A DNA stretch of 63,906 nt, the filler included, from an uncultured bacterium (GTDB lineage Bacteria; Latescibacterota; UBA2968), in the NCBI GenBank assembly GCA_964471275.1. It is 3 parts of 3 records of this genome, joined end to end, with 100 filler letters (N's around TTAATTAATTAA, not from the genome) between each part and the next. Parts side by side here need not be neighbours in the genome. Positions count along the whole stretch, not along the records: positions 1 to 27,483 come from CAYYGZ010000031.1; positions 27,584 to 54,345 come from CAYYGZ010000032.1; 1 more part is not named here. One strand, given 5' to 3'. Positions within the stretch are counted from its first letter, which is position 1; every line of letters begins with the position of its first letter. Position numbers and translations under genes: made by a program. Of the stretch, positions 21,316 to 30,737 are shown piece by piece. The notes under the pieces were generated by a model. It was not told where the DNA came from. It saw only the letters and a list, made by a program, of their open reading frames with translations, and searched no databases.

Positions 21316-22125
21316 GTTCGGTCCTTCCACTTGTATGCGCGTCTCGCGTTTTCGCTGAATACCTTAGGCTCCGCTGATGCGGGTTTGGTAGCGACATACT
21401 TNNNNNNNNNNGAGCACGTCTGCGTAGGAACGGTCACTCCGATCGGATACCGGCCAATCACTGCCGAAAATCATACGATCCTCGCCGAACGCATCCCACA
21501 GGATGTCGAGATAGGATGCGTAGTGAGAGACGTCTGTTGGTGCCGGCCGAATGGTACAGCGCAGGTCCATCATGCCCGACAGCTTGCAGAAGATATTCGC
21601 GTGTTCGGCGGATCTGCGAACGAGATCGACTGCCGCTGGCTCGGGATCATCGCCATTCATCTTGATCCCTGCGCAGTGGTTGATGATGATACGCAGGTTC
21701 GGGATTTCGGCCGCGATGGTCAGCGTCTGTTCGTTAAGTGAAAGGTCGAGGCTGAGGTCAAGGTCGGAGAGCCTGTGGAGTCCGTCGAGGTCATCAGGTT
21801 TCCACAATCGTGCTCGGATTCCCCGGAAAACCGGGTGTCTGCTGAAGTGATCGATATGTTCCGGGAAACACTCGTCGTGGATATCAAGGTTGCCGACAAG
21901 GCCGAGGATGAAGGGTTCGTCGTCCGCGAGATCCAGGACCCACTGATTGTCCTCAACCCATTCACTGCATTCAACGACGATCGCTCCGTCCACACCGACT
22001 GGCCTGGCGCGTTCAATGCATCGGTCCGGGAGCGTGGTGGTGTAAATCGAATCGTCCGGATCGGGCCAGGGGGCGCCTTCAGGGCGGTGGGGGTCATAAA
22101 GGTGGATGTGGGTGTCGACGATCAT
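21312..22125 (-). CDS. Amidohydrolase_2 family (sugar-lactonase-like), with an N gap near the 3' end
   Basis: IVDTHIH, NHCAG, CKLSG, FGEDRMIFGSDWPV. After the gap another frame gives KVFSENARRAYKWKDRT* ending at 21312. Confidence 0.88.
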
Positions 22126-22170
22126 GGGGACCTCATTGACAAATGAGAGGTGATGAATGACGAGAGAGAT

Positions 22171-22548
22171 TCAGCGTTTGACGGTGTGGCCGGCAGCGGC
22201 TAGCGAGCGTGCGGTCAAGTCGAGATCTGATTCCTTGATGAGGATGTAGTCGGTATCGAAGGTTGAGATGACGAAACCGGGGATATCCGCTTCTTTCAGC
22301 GGGTTCAGGATGGATGCCAGGATTCCGGTAGCTGAAAAGTCGAGCGATCCTTCAACGCCGAAGACAGCATAACCTAACTCGACAGATACGGTTGCAGGCA
22401 CGGTGGCTTCCGGACAGACAATCGAGAGCTCCTGGCTTGATCGCGTCAGGGAAACCAGATCACCGACCGCCCAATTCGGGATTGCGGAGTCGGGAGGAAG
22501 ACGGCAGACTGTGAATCGGCCGGGCAGATGGGTGAGTGTTTCTGGCAT
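22171..22548 (-). CDS. ACT-domain protein (ACT_7/CASTOR-like)
   Basis: SLTRS..ELSIVC, G.LDFS.TGILA.I..PL..A.I..F.ISTFDTDYILIK. Confidence 0.88.
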   Translation of the reverse strand: MPETLTHLPGRFTVCRLPPDSAIPNWAVGDLVSLTRSSQELSIVCPEATVPATVSVELGYAVFGVEGSLDFSATGILASILNPLKEADIPGFVISTFDTDYILIKESDLDLTARSLAAAGHTVKR

Positions 22549-22559
22549 CCGGAAAGCAG

Positions 22560-22811
22560 AGACGTTAAGACCTGTGTTCGGTAGTATGTCATCTGGATGA
22601 CGAGTGTATCCGGGCTCTTCCTGTGTCGGTTGGTTGCCGTCTCACGCCGGATCTCCTCCTTCTTCTCGTTCCAGCAAGCCCCAGTTCGGCGGGAAAGAGA
22701 TCGGCGATCAAAGATCCTGTCGTCCACCAGTGTGAAGCCAATCTCGATCGGATAGCCTTCTGGTCCGATCCCAGAAGCCTCTATGTCGATGATGATCGGT
22801 GCATTTGTCAT
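22560..22811 (-). pseudogene. DEDD-type exonuclease-like protein remnant with an internal deletion
   Basis: N-terminal IIDIEASG...YPIEIG joined almost directly to C-terminal RHR.S.D..VIQ.TY; the middle appears missing. The end coordinate is approximate. Confidence 0.5.
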
Positions 22812-22823
22812 TCGACATCTCCA

Positions 22824-23243
22824 TCACGCTGACTGGATCCAGCTGAATCCCTTGTATGTGTCGAGAAACGCCTGCAGGTGACTCGTCCGGAAATCTTCTC
22901 GATTCCATTCTTCTGGTGAAAGCAGATGCCGATGTTCGGGACGGAACACGAAAGTTTCCGCCGCAACCGCGTCATTGTGCTTCATCTGCACAGAAATCGA
23001 TCGGCGAGCATAGTATTCGCCCTCGAATCGGTCCAGCAAACGAAAAGATACGGCGGCGACATCCGGGTAGAAAGCGCCACCGACGGTGTCTCCGGCAGAC
23101 TGAACTAGTCCCGGATAGGACGCATTGTGGACGCGATATCTCGCATACCCTTTGAGGGTGGCCGATACGCTCTCGTAGTGCCGCCCCGTAACTGCGGTCA
23201 TGACCTCGCCAAAGACGAGCGAGCCGTAGGCGAAGAAGTTCAT
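22824..23243 (-). CDS. Gamma-glutamylcyclotransferase (AIG2-like)
   Basis: FAYGSL, YPGL, LDRFEG.YY.R. Confidence 0.88.
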   Translation of the reverse strand: MNFFAYGSLVFGEVMTAVTGRHYESVSATLKGYARYRVHNASYPGLVQSAGDTVGGAFYPDVAAVSFRLLDRFEGEYYARRSISVQMKHNDAVAAETFVFRPEHRHLLSPEEWNREDFRTSHLQAFLDTYKGFSWIQSA

Positions 23244-23247
23244 ATCA

Positions 23248-24588
23248 CTATTCGGGCCAGGGGTAGGCATTGGAGCCGGCCGCGTCATCGAACGGGCCGT
23301 CCGGGAGCTCCGTCTGCCAGGCTGTCACGTGATCAGCCAATCGTTGAACGATCTCCGGATGTGCCTCCGCCACGTTGGACAGTTCCGTGGGGTCGTTCGG
23401 GACGTCGAACAGTTCTACACGTGTTCGATCCGGGTTCACCAGCAGCTTCCAATCACCATCGCGTATAGCCAATATGGGGCTTCTGTTGATGATGTGACCG
23501 GTGATCCGGAATCGCCACTCCCATTTCAGATATGTGTCCCTTCCTCGGACGGACCCCTTGAAGACATCCAGCATCGATTCTCCGTCCAGTGCGTATCCGT
23601 CAGGAATATCACAACCGGCAGCCTCACAGAAGGTGGGTAACAGATCGACGGCGGAGACGGGACTGCTGTTGTTGACGACGCCGGCAGGAGTTCCTCCACC
23701 GGGCCAGCGCAGGATGAAGGGCGTACGGATACCACCTTCATACAGGCTTCGCTTTCTGCCTCTGAAGGGGCCGGGACTGCCAACGCCGCTGTGCGCCGAA
23801 TTTCGGATAGCGATGTCTTCGGGACCGTTGTCGGCTGAGAAAATGACGATCGTGTCTTCGGTCAGTCCAGTTTCATCGAGGTGGTCCAGCAAACGACCCA
23901 CGTGTCGATCGGCATTGGTAACAGCAGCGAAGTAGATCGCGTTAGCCCCAGCGTGCTTGCCTTCCAGACCGACAGGAATCTGGCTGAGGTAGGGCTCGAG
24001 TTGCTTCTCGTCCGGATCAAGCGTCGCGTGGGTGTCGTTCAGCCAGACATTCAGCAGAAACGGCTTCTCTCTGTTGCGATCGATGAACCCGATTGTCTCG
24101 TCGACGATGAGTTCTGAGGAGCTCGCCCGGAGGGGACCGACATCATTGGTCAGGAAGCCGAGATACGGACCGTTTCCCGTGTTGACCCGGCATTCGTCGA
24201 TCCCGTATTCGAACGGCTCCGGCGCTCCCTCCCCGTTACCGAGGTGCCACTTGCCGTAGTGCCCGATCCGATAGCCGCTTTGTTGGAGCAGTCGCGTGTA
24301 GGTCGTTGCGCTCGTGTCCAGCCAGTTGGGCATACCGCGACGCGCATTGAGGTCGTGGCCAGCGAAGTGTCCGTGAACGCCGTGACGCGCCGGGAACTGT
24401 CCGGTCATCACGGCGGTTCTGCTCGGCGAGCAGACACCCGAGCAGACATAGAACTGTGTGTAGAGTGTTCCCTGTGACGCGAGTCGATCGAGGTTGGGTG
24501 TTTTCAAGCGATCGTGACCATAGCAGCCCAGGTCACCCCAACCCCAATCGTCGGCAAAGATGAAGATGATGTTTGGTCGGTCGGACAT
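23248..24588 (-). CDS. Sulfatase (S1 family)
   Basis: RPNIIFIFADDWG, CSPSRTAVMTG, GKWHLG, ADNG, GRKRSLYEGGIRTP. No signal peptide. Confidence 0.93.
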   Translation of the reverse strand: MSDRPNIIFIFADDWGWGDLGCYGHDRLKTPNLDRLASQGTLYTQFYVCSGVCSPSRTAVMTGQFPARHGVHGHFAGHDLNARRGMPNWLDTSATTYTRLLQQSGYRIGHYGKWHLGNGEGAPEPFEYGIDECRVNTGNGPYLGFLTNDVGPLRASSSELIVDETIGFIDRNREKPFLLNVWLNDTHATLDPDEKQLEPYLSQIPVGLEGKHAGANAIYFAAVTNADRHVGRLLDHLDETGLTEDTIVIFSADNGPEDIAIRNSAHSGVGSPGPFRGRKRSLYEGGIRTPFILRWPGGGTPAGVVNNSSPVSAVDLLPTFCEAAGCDIPDGYALDGESMLDVFKGSVRGRDTYLKWEWRFRITGHIINRSPILAIRDGDWKLLVNPDRTRVELFDVPNDPTELSNVAEAHPEIVQRLADHVTAWQTELPDGPFDDAAGSNAYPWPE

Positions 24589-24764
24589 ATCTAGAACCTC
24601 CAACGCAGAGAGTGGGGAGCTCGCAGAGGAAGGTGAAGATTGGGTTCCTCTGTCTTCTTTCACAGAATGCTAAGGTCAAAGGTCCTGGAAATTGACGGTG
24701 CTTCTATTGTGGTTTGGGAAAGAGGCAGACAACACAACCCGTTCTGCCTCCTGAGTTGATGCCG

Positions 24765-24875
24765 AGGGCGTTCGCCCTGTGTTCCGTGTGGGAACTGCGG
24801 CGCTCAAGGGTTGTTGGGCCTCGCTGACCTGGGGCTGTCGCCCCAGGCTTTTCACGGTCGCCCTACGGGGCTGAA
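24765..24875. repeat. Cluster of GC-rich palindromes (REP-like)
   Basis: AGGGCG-TT-CGCCCT, GTTCC-GTGTG-GGAAC, perfect CCTGGGGC-TGTC-GCCCCAGG (24828-24847) and GCCCTACGGGGC. Confidence 0.65.
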
Positions 24876-24916
24876 CCCGATTCTCCCTCTTTGCCCTTTG
24901 TGTCAAGCTTCTGTGT

Positions 24917-26257
24917 TTACCTCCAGATGGACCGGAGTTCCGAGATGACGAGTGAAGCGATCAGAGTCGTGTCCCCTCTTGTGTAGAACTCCAGTGGATG
25001 GTCGCAGGCCTCAGGAAGATAGCAGCAGGAGAAGACGACAGTGCCGTCTTCAGCGAAGAGCTCGAGTGAGGTGCGATCGATGACCAGGCGAAGTGCGATG
25101 CGGTGGTCGACCGATCGAATCTGGGCAACTCGGCCCAGGCAATTGATTTCCTGCTCGATCGGGCAGTATTCGACTGTATGGCCTTGCACCACGATGCCGA
25201 ACCGGTCCATCCCATCTGGCTCGAACTCGATCCGCACGTCGAAGCAGTCGTGGCGTGATTCTGGAACGAAGGGGCGGTTCTTCAGCACATCAATGTTGTG
25301 GAAGGATTCTGTCTTCGCATACAGCATCTCGATTTCACGGATTGGATTCCGCTGGAGCCGAACGCCGTTCTGCGTCGTTCTCAGGCGCAGCTCGACAGGA
25401 ATGGACATCTGCTGGTTGAAAGGCATGGCCGGATACTTGCCACCCCGCATCCAGGATATCTGAATGCGTCGACCATCGTCTTCCGGGATATCGCTATACG
25501 TTTGTGCGGCATACCCGTTCTTCCCATACTCCGATTGCAGGACCTTACTCTCCGCCCGAAACTGCCGGCCGTCGAACGATCCGATCAGGTAGCCGCCGTC
25601 AGCGCCCCAGTATACCCACTTCGCATTGTCTTTGTTGCCATCCACATAGAGCTGGAAGAAATCCGGGCACTCGGTGACGCCTGGCAGGCTCAAATCCTGG
25701 AGATGCGACCAATCGACAAGGTTTGCAGAGGAATAGAGGGAGTAGTCGTTTCCGTCCAGATAGAGAGCGAGTATCCATTTCTGTGTAGGCTCGTGCCAGA
25801 CGACCTTCGGATCCCGATTCTGTGAACGGACGTGATCGATGACGGGGTTACTACCGTGTTTTATCCACGATCGTCCGCGATCATTGCTGTAGGCGATGCT
25901 CTGTGTGAATGCGACGGGTGCGGAGGCGTGCGTGCCTGCGGAGGTGTAGATGGCTACGAGGACTTCTTCCTCGCCGGATTTGAAGCCACCGGTGTTGTGC
26001 CAGTCGACGATGGCCGAACCGGAGAAGATCGTGCCCAGATCGTCGGGATGCAGAGCGTGGTCGAGTTGCGTCCAGTGAAGAAGATCGGGGCTGACTGCGT
26101 GACCCCAGGTCATATTGCCCCACTTGACGCTTACCGGGTTGTGCTGGAAGAAAAGATGATATTCACCCCTGTAATACACGAGCCCGTTTGGATCGTTCAT
26201 CCAGTTATTGCGAGATGAGAAGTGAACCTGTGGCCGATGAAGTTCGGAGTAAGACAT
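24917..26257 (-). CDS. GH32 beta-fructosidase/levanase
   Basis: WMNDPNG, WGHAVS.DL.HW, FSGSA, RDPKV, ECPDF, YAAQT. Confidence 0.95.
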   Translation of the reverse strand: MSYSELHRPQVHFSSRNNWMNDPNGLVYYRGEYHLFFQHNPVSVKWGNMTWGHAVSPDLLHWTQLDHALHPDDLGTIFSGSAIVDWHNTGGFKSGEEEVLVAIYTSAGTHASAPVAFTQSIAYSNDRGRSWIKHGSNPVIDHVRSQNRDPKVVWHEPTQKWILALYLDGNDYSLYSSANLVDWSHLQDLSLPGVTECPDFFQLYVDGNKDNAKWVYWGADGGYLIGSFDGRQFRAESKVLQSEYGKNGYAAQTYSDIPEDDGRRIQISWMRGGKYPAMPFNQQMSIPVELRLRTTQNGVRLQRNPIREIEMLYAKTESFHNIDVLKNRPFVPESRHDCFDVRIEFEPDGMDRFGIVVQGHTVEYCPIEQEINCLGRVAQIRSVDHRIALRLVIDRTSLELFAEDGTVVFSCCYLPEACDHPLEFYTRGDTTLIASLVISELRSIWR

Positions 26258-26376
26258 TAGATCAATTTTCGAGGAAATGAGGCTGGTGATTGACAGCGGT
26301 CAGTGTGATGGCGGTCGTCGATCCGTGTGTCAGATGATGAACGAACGCCCCTGATGACGGGCACAGCAGCTCATTG

Positions 26377-27174
26377 CTAGTCGTAATTGCTGGGTCGATG
26401 GTTGCCCATCAGGCGAAGCTGGCGTTCGGTGGCCACCTCGAGGATCGTTGGGGCGAACTGGAACTGGTTCAGGTAAGGTGGAAACTTCTGGGTGATCATA
26501 CGGTTGGCATAGTGCACCTGGAGCAAGTATCGCATCTGATCTCCCGTATTGGCTGTACCTCGATGCCATACTTCACAGCGAAAGATGACGACATCTCCGG
26601 CATTGCACAGGATCGCTTTCTCTCCTTCGCCCTTCCAGGCTGTATCACCGTTCGGGCGTCGACCGGAGAGATGACTGCCGGGTACGAACGTTGTCGGTCC
26701 CAGCTCTTCGGTCAGATCATCGAGATAGTAGTGGGCGGTTGTGATGAAGATCGGTAGACGAACCCGGGGATCAGCAAGGACATCCTCAGGTAGGCTGAGT
26801 GCCAGCCAATCCGTGTGCAAATTCTGGTCCGGGCGACCACCACCGGTCATCCAGGATGTCATCCCGACACAGTGGCAGTCTTCACCGTGAACGGCTTCCT
26901 CTATTTCGATCACTCCGGGACGGTCCAAGAACGGGAGGAAATGTTCGTGACGATTGAAGACATTGTTGATCGCCTTGTTCATATAGCCGTGCCTGGCTGG
27001 GTCGGTATGCTTGTCAAAGCTCTCAGGGAGCGCCGTGAGGGCGTCCATCTGTGCTCGAAGATCTGCTGTTTCCCCGGATGACAGTACGCTCGGCAGATAG
27101 ACATAACCATCGCGATACAAAGCCTCGATCTGGTTCTCGAGTGTGTCGTATACAACGAGAGGCAATGATTCCAC
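26377..27174 (-). CDS. PhyH-family dioxygenase
   Basis: RDGYV, LHTD, YYLDD.....GPT.FVPGSH, AGDVVIF...VWHRG..N. Confidence 0.88.
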   Translation of the reverse strand: MESLPLVVYDTLENQIEALYRDGYVYLPSVLSSGETADLRAQMDALTALPESFDKHTDPARHGYMNKAINNVFNRHEHFLPFLDRPGVIEIEEAVHGEDCHCVGMTSWMTGGGRPDQNLHTDWLALSLPEDVLADPRVRLPIFITTAHYYLDDLTEELGPTTFVPGSHLSGRRPNGDTAWKGEGEKAILCNAGDVVIFRCEVWHRGTANTGDQMRYLLQVHYANRMITQKFPPYLNQFQFAPTILEVATERQLRLMGNHRPSNYD

Positions 27175-27178
27175 AGGG

Positions 27179-27483
27179 TTAGTCGAACCTCAGATCAAGG
27201 TCTGGACGACCGTCGTCAAAGATGAGGCGGACCGTTCGGGTCAAGTATGGGAATTTCTTTCGGAGGAAGGAGAAGGTGCTGTTCAGGATGACCACCTTGT
27301 CCGTGCTTCCCATCGTGTCCCATTTCTGACCTTTGACGTTGATCTCGAACGCCTCGATGCTTGTCGTGGAGTCGATGGCTGTCGGATCCGTCTTGCTGAT
27401 GAGTGATTCGAGTCAGCGTTCGGCCATCAGCCACACGACCGCCAGATGTTGCTTGCCAGGACTTGGTGGCGGATTGTTGGTTC
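27179..27483 (-). pseudogene. 3' part of a hypothetical gene at the contig end, with an in-frame TGA (27413-27415)
   Basis: Frame reads ...LAVVWLMAER*LESLISKTD...KVVILNSTFSFLRKKFP...DGRPDLDLRFD* and stops just before the next gene. Confidence 0.35.
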
Positions 27484-27583
27484 NNNNNNNNNNNNNNNNN
27501 NNNNNNNNNNNNNNNNNNNNNNNNNNNTTAATTAATTAANNNNNNNNNNNNNNNNNNNNNNNNNNNNNNNNNNNNNNNNNNNN
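27484..27583. other. Artificial contig-joining spacer
   Basis: N44-TTAATTAATTAA-N44, giving stops in all six frames. Confidence 0.97.
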
Positions 27584-27715
27584 GAGGGCGTCCCGGGCGG
27601 ACAGATCGTCGCTTCGGATGAAGACCATCGACACCGTAACCCGCGTACTGAGATCGCCACCTATAGAACAAGGTCCTAACCTGTTAATACTATTCTGACA
27701 ACAGTACACACTAGT

Positions 27716-28585
27716 ATGCCTGACCCAATCAGCCCCCTCGGAACACCACGCGTCCTCGTCGCCGCACCGGAGAACCCCAGACACGCTCATCTCGCCTGGC
27801 CAAAGCTTGCATTGACCTCGAATGGAGTCCTCATTCTGGTCTACAGTGCCGGTGAGTTTCACGGTGCCCACAGAGAAGGATGCCCGGCCGTCTCAGTCTC
27901 CTCAGACAACGGTACCACTTTCAGCGATCCCCAGATCCTGGCGGAATTCGGTGAAGGTGAAAACTACACGCACTGTGGGAACCTGGCCATTGGTACGACG
28001 ACCGACAACGCGATCATACTCATAGCGATGGCGTATCGGGGAGATGAGGCAAACAGCATCTTCTGCTGGGTCTCGATCGATGCCGGCCAGACCTGGCAGG
28101 ACATCAATGTCGCAGCACTCGCCGCCGGAAGAACGGGATCTGTCTACGGGCATATCTTCAGCGTACCGGGGCGGGGATATGCCGTCTGCGGTCACTTTCG
28201 GGCGGGCTCCTACCCGAACGATAGCGGGCTGTGGATCAGCTTCAGCCAGGATGGCCTGCATTGGGGGGCGCCGGAACAGATTTCGGATGAATCACTGGTG
28301 GAACCGGATGATCCAGATCGTGTGATTGCTCCGGTGACTGAGCGTTCGATTCCCAACAAGACGCCAAGCCGGATCTCCATCTGGACATCAAGCTCACTCG
28401 GGTTGGAATGGTCCGAACACGGCACGGTGATCGAATTCCCCCACGAAAAGGGCAGCGCGAACACGGATTTCGGTTATCCCTGGATGGTCAAATGCGAAGA
28501 TGGGAAGTGGCTGATAGCCTTCTACTTTGGTCAGCAGAAGGGCCCGAATGCGATATGGGGATTGGATTTCGAACTGGGTCCGTGA
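27716..28585 (+). CDS. Sialidase/BNR-repeat protein, probably with an internal deletion near 28305
   Basis: HLAWP, Asp-boxes SSDNGTTF, SIDAGQTW and SQDGLHW, and terminal DFGYP. The sequence jumps abruptly at SLVEP/DDPD. Confidence 0.7.
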   Translation: MPDPISPLGTPRVLVAAPENPRHAHLAWPKLALTSNGVLILVYSAGEFHGAHREGCPAVSVSSDNGTTFSDPQILAEFGEGENYTHCGNLAIGTTTDNAIILIAMAYRGDEANSIFCWVSIDAGQTWQDINVAALAAGRTGSVYGHIFSVPGRGYAVCGHFRAGSYPNDSGLWISFSQDGLHWGAPEQISDESLVEPDDPDRVIAPVTERSIPNKTPSRISIWTSSSLGLEWSEHGTVIEFPHEKGSANTDFGYPWMVKCEDGKWLIAFYFGQQKGPNAIWGLDFELGP

Positions 28586-28682
28586 GTGACCTGGAGGTGA
28601 TCCGGTCGGTCCCGAAATCCGGAACTCATCGCTTGCGCACCGACATTTGACTCATCTTTAAACACCGGAGAGATGTAGATCC

Positions 28683-29039
28683 GTGACATACCGAGTCTAT
28701 CAGTATCCGAAGTGCAGCACCTGTCGGAACGCGCTCAGGTGGCTCGACGCGAAGGGTGCCGACTACCAGACCGTCGACGTCACGCTGACCCCCCCGACAA
28801 AGACCGAACTCGAGATGATGCTCGCCCATTACAACGGCGATCTCCGCCGTTTATTCAACACCTCGGGTACTCAGTATCGCGAGCTCAGGATCAAAGACAA
28901 ACTCCCTGCGATGTCACCGTCTCAGGCCATTGAGTTTCTCAGCAGGAACGGCAAACTCATAAAGCGTCCCTTCCTCATCGCCCCTGATGTCGGCCTCATC
29001 GGCTTCAAGGAAAGCGAGTGGACCGCCTCCCTCCCCTAA
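28683..29039 (+). CDS. ArsC/Spx/MgsR-family thioredoxin-fold protein
   Basis: YPKCSTCRNA..WL, FNTSG..YREL, GKLIKRPF, GFKE..W. Confidence 0.92.
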   Translation: MTYRVYQYPKCSTCRNALRWLDAKGADYQTVDVTLTPPTKTELEMMLAHYNGDLRRLFNTSGTQYRELRIKDKLPAMSPSQAIEFLSRNGKLIKRPFLIAPDVGLIGFKESEWTASLP

Positions 29040-29127
29040 CCACCACCGACAAGTCGACCCCAAATCCTGTACACATCCTGACGCACGGCAAGTCTGTGTC
29101 CCTCTGGCACACCCGTGGAGCACACGC

Positions 29128-29375
29128 ATGAAGATCACCGGCATCCGCTACCCAACCCTAACAGATAGAAATGAACCGGCCCTTCGGCGACGCGAACAAC
29201 CCGATTGGCGGCAGGCCTATGACTTCAACCGCGCTCTGGCTCGACACGGATGAGGGTCTATCCGGCATCTCTATGGCCTGAAGCGGTGGCGGTCTCCTTC
29301 AATCCCTGGTAGACAACCTGCTCGTCGGTCAGGATCCACGTGGCGTCCTGGGCATCTGGAATGCGATGGTCGATG
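29128..29375 (+). pseudogene. N-terminal remnant of a mandelate racemase/enolase-superfamily enzyme
   Basis: MKITGIRY / frameshift / MNRPFGDANNP...WLDTDEGLSGISMA*...LLVGQDPRGVLGIWNAMVD, followed by unrelated sequence. Confidence 0.6.
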
Positions 29376-29760
29376 GCGATCGCCTGCAGGCTGGCCACTT
29401 TCAAGAAATACCAGGCAGCCCTGGAAACAGTCAGCGGTGCCCTGAGCCACCTGTGTGAAGAGAATGCCAAACTGCAGGACGAGTTGGACGAGTTGGACGA
29501 GACGAAGCAAGCCGATCAAGGGTCAGCTGGAAATCCTGCAGTTTGAACGTGCCCCTATCGTGAAGCTGCTGCTCGATCTGGAAAGAGCCCTGGCCAGTCA
29601 GAACAAGGAGATTGTCGGCATCCAGACGCAGCTGGGCAAGATCACCGACGAGAACGCCAAGCTCAAAGCAGGGAAGAAAAGGTCACCCCTCCTAACCACC
29701 TGCACGGAGCCAGAGACGTCTGGCTACCTGTTGCGGGATCCAGCCAACAGCTCTTGGTAA
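29376..29760 (+). pseudogene. Coiled-coil protein fragment, frameshifted
   Basis: LCEENAKLQDELDEL... and LERALASQNKEI...ITDENAKLK lie in two frames; no clear start. Confidence 0.35.
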
Positions 29761-29770
29761 AACCTCTGGT

Positions 29771-30736
29771 TCACCGAGTATCTTTCTCCTCCAGACGATC
29801 CAGTTCGATAGACTTGATTCGCTTCAGGGCATCGTCGAGCAGCGACCGATTTGTAGCGATCAGATCCGCGACGATACCGGTCAGGAACATCTGGAACCCG
29901 GCCAGAAGTAGGATTGCCGCCAGGACAACGGACTGGACGTGAAGATCGCCTTCCCCGGTGAACAGGTAGTAGTAGACAAAGCGAGCCCCGAGGGCGATTC
30001 CAGATGCGAAGCTAAGCCCACCGAAGATTGTGAAAATCTTGAGCGCCTTGTATTGCGTGTAAGTCCGCAGACTAATCAACCCTGATCGGACGACAAACGT
30101 CGACACATTGCTGAACAACCGTGACTCGCGGAGCTTCGGGTTCGTCTCGATCGGCACGCTCAGCACCGCGAACCGTTTCTGACCGGCCTCGACAACGTGT
30201 TCGGCTGTATGGTCGAAGTCGGTAAACGTGGACAGCTGAATCGCCGCGTCACGGGTGTAGGCGCGGAATCCACTCGCCACATCGGGTACATCCAGATGAC
30301 CAAGCCGGCTGATCATCCGGCTGCCCATCTTCTGCAACGACTGCTTCGTCAACGAGAAGTGCTCGATCGTATCTGTGCGCCGATTCCCGATTACGATCTC
30401 GGCTTTCCCCTCAACGATCGGCTTCACCAGCTTCGCGATATCCCAGCCTGCATACTGATTGTCACCATCTGTATTCACGATGATGTCAGCACCCGCTTTG
30501 AGGCACGCGTCGAACCCGGCTCGGAATGCATAGCCAAGCCCTCGGTTCCGCTTGAACTCCACGATGTGCTCGACACCCGCCTTTCGCGCAACTTCCACGG
30601 TCCGGTCAGTCGACCCATCGTTGACCACCAGAATCTCGACCTCATCGATCCCGTCAAACTCGCGCGGGATATCGGCAATGGTGCCGGGAAGCGTGTCCTC
30701 TTCGTTCAAACAAGGAATCTGTACGATAACCTTCAC
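29771..30736 (-). CDS. GT2 glycosyltransferase (polyprenol-phosphate glycosyltransferase-like) with two C-terminal TM helices
   Basis: VQIPCLNEE, VNDGSTD.T, NRGLG, NTDGDNQY, SGFRAY. The GTG start lies 1 nt after the herA stop. Confidence 0.9.
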   Translation of the reverse strand: MKVIVQIPCLNEEDTLPGTIADIPREFDGIDEVEILVVNDGSTDRTVEVARKAGVEHIVEFKRNRGLGYAFRAGFDACLKAGADIIVNTDGDNQYAGWDIAKLVKPIVEGKAEIVIGNRRTDTIEHFSLTKQSLQKMGSRMISRLGHLDVPDVASGFRAYTRDAAIQLSTFTDFDHTAEHVVEAGQKRFAVLSVPIETNPKLRESRLFSNVSTFVVRSGLISLRTYTQYKALKIFTIFGGLSFASGIALGARFVYYYLFTGEGDLHVQSVVLAAILLLAGFQMFLTGIVADLIATNRSLLDDALKRIKSIELDRLEEKDTR

Positions 30737-30737
30737 A

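Noticed and set aside
27484..27583. TTAATTAATTAA palindrome within N runs (also 54346-54445)
   Set aside because: Identical six-frame-stop linker used to concatenate contigs; not biological and unrelated to the 36513 palindrome.
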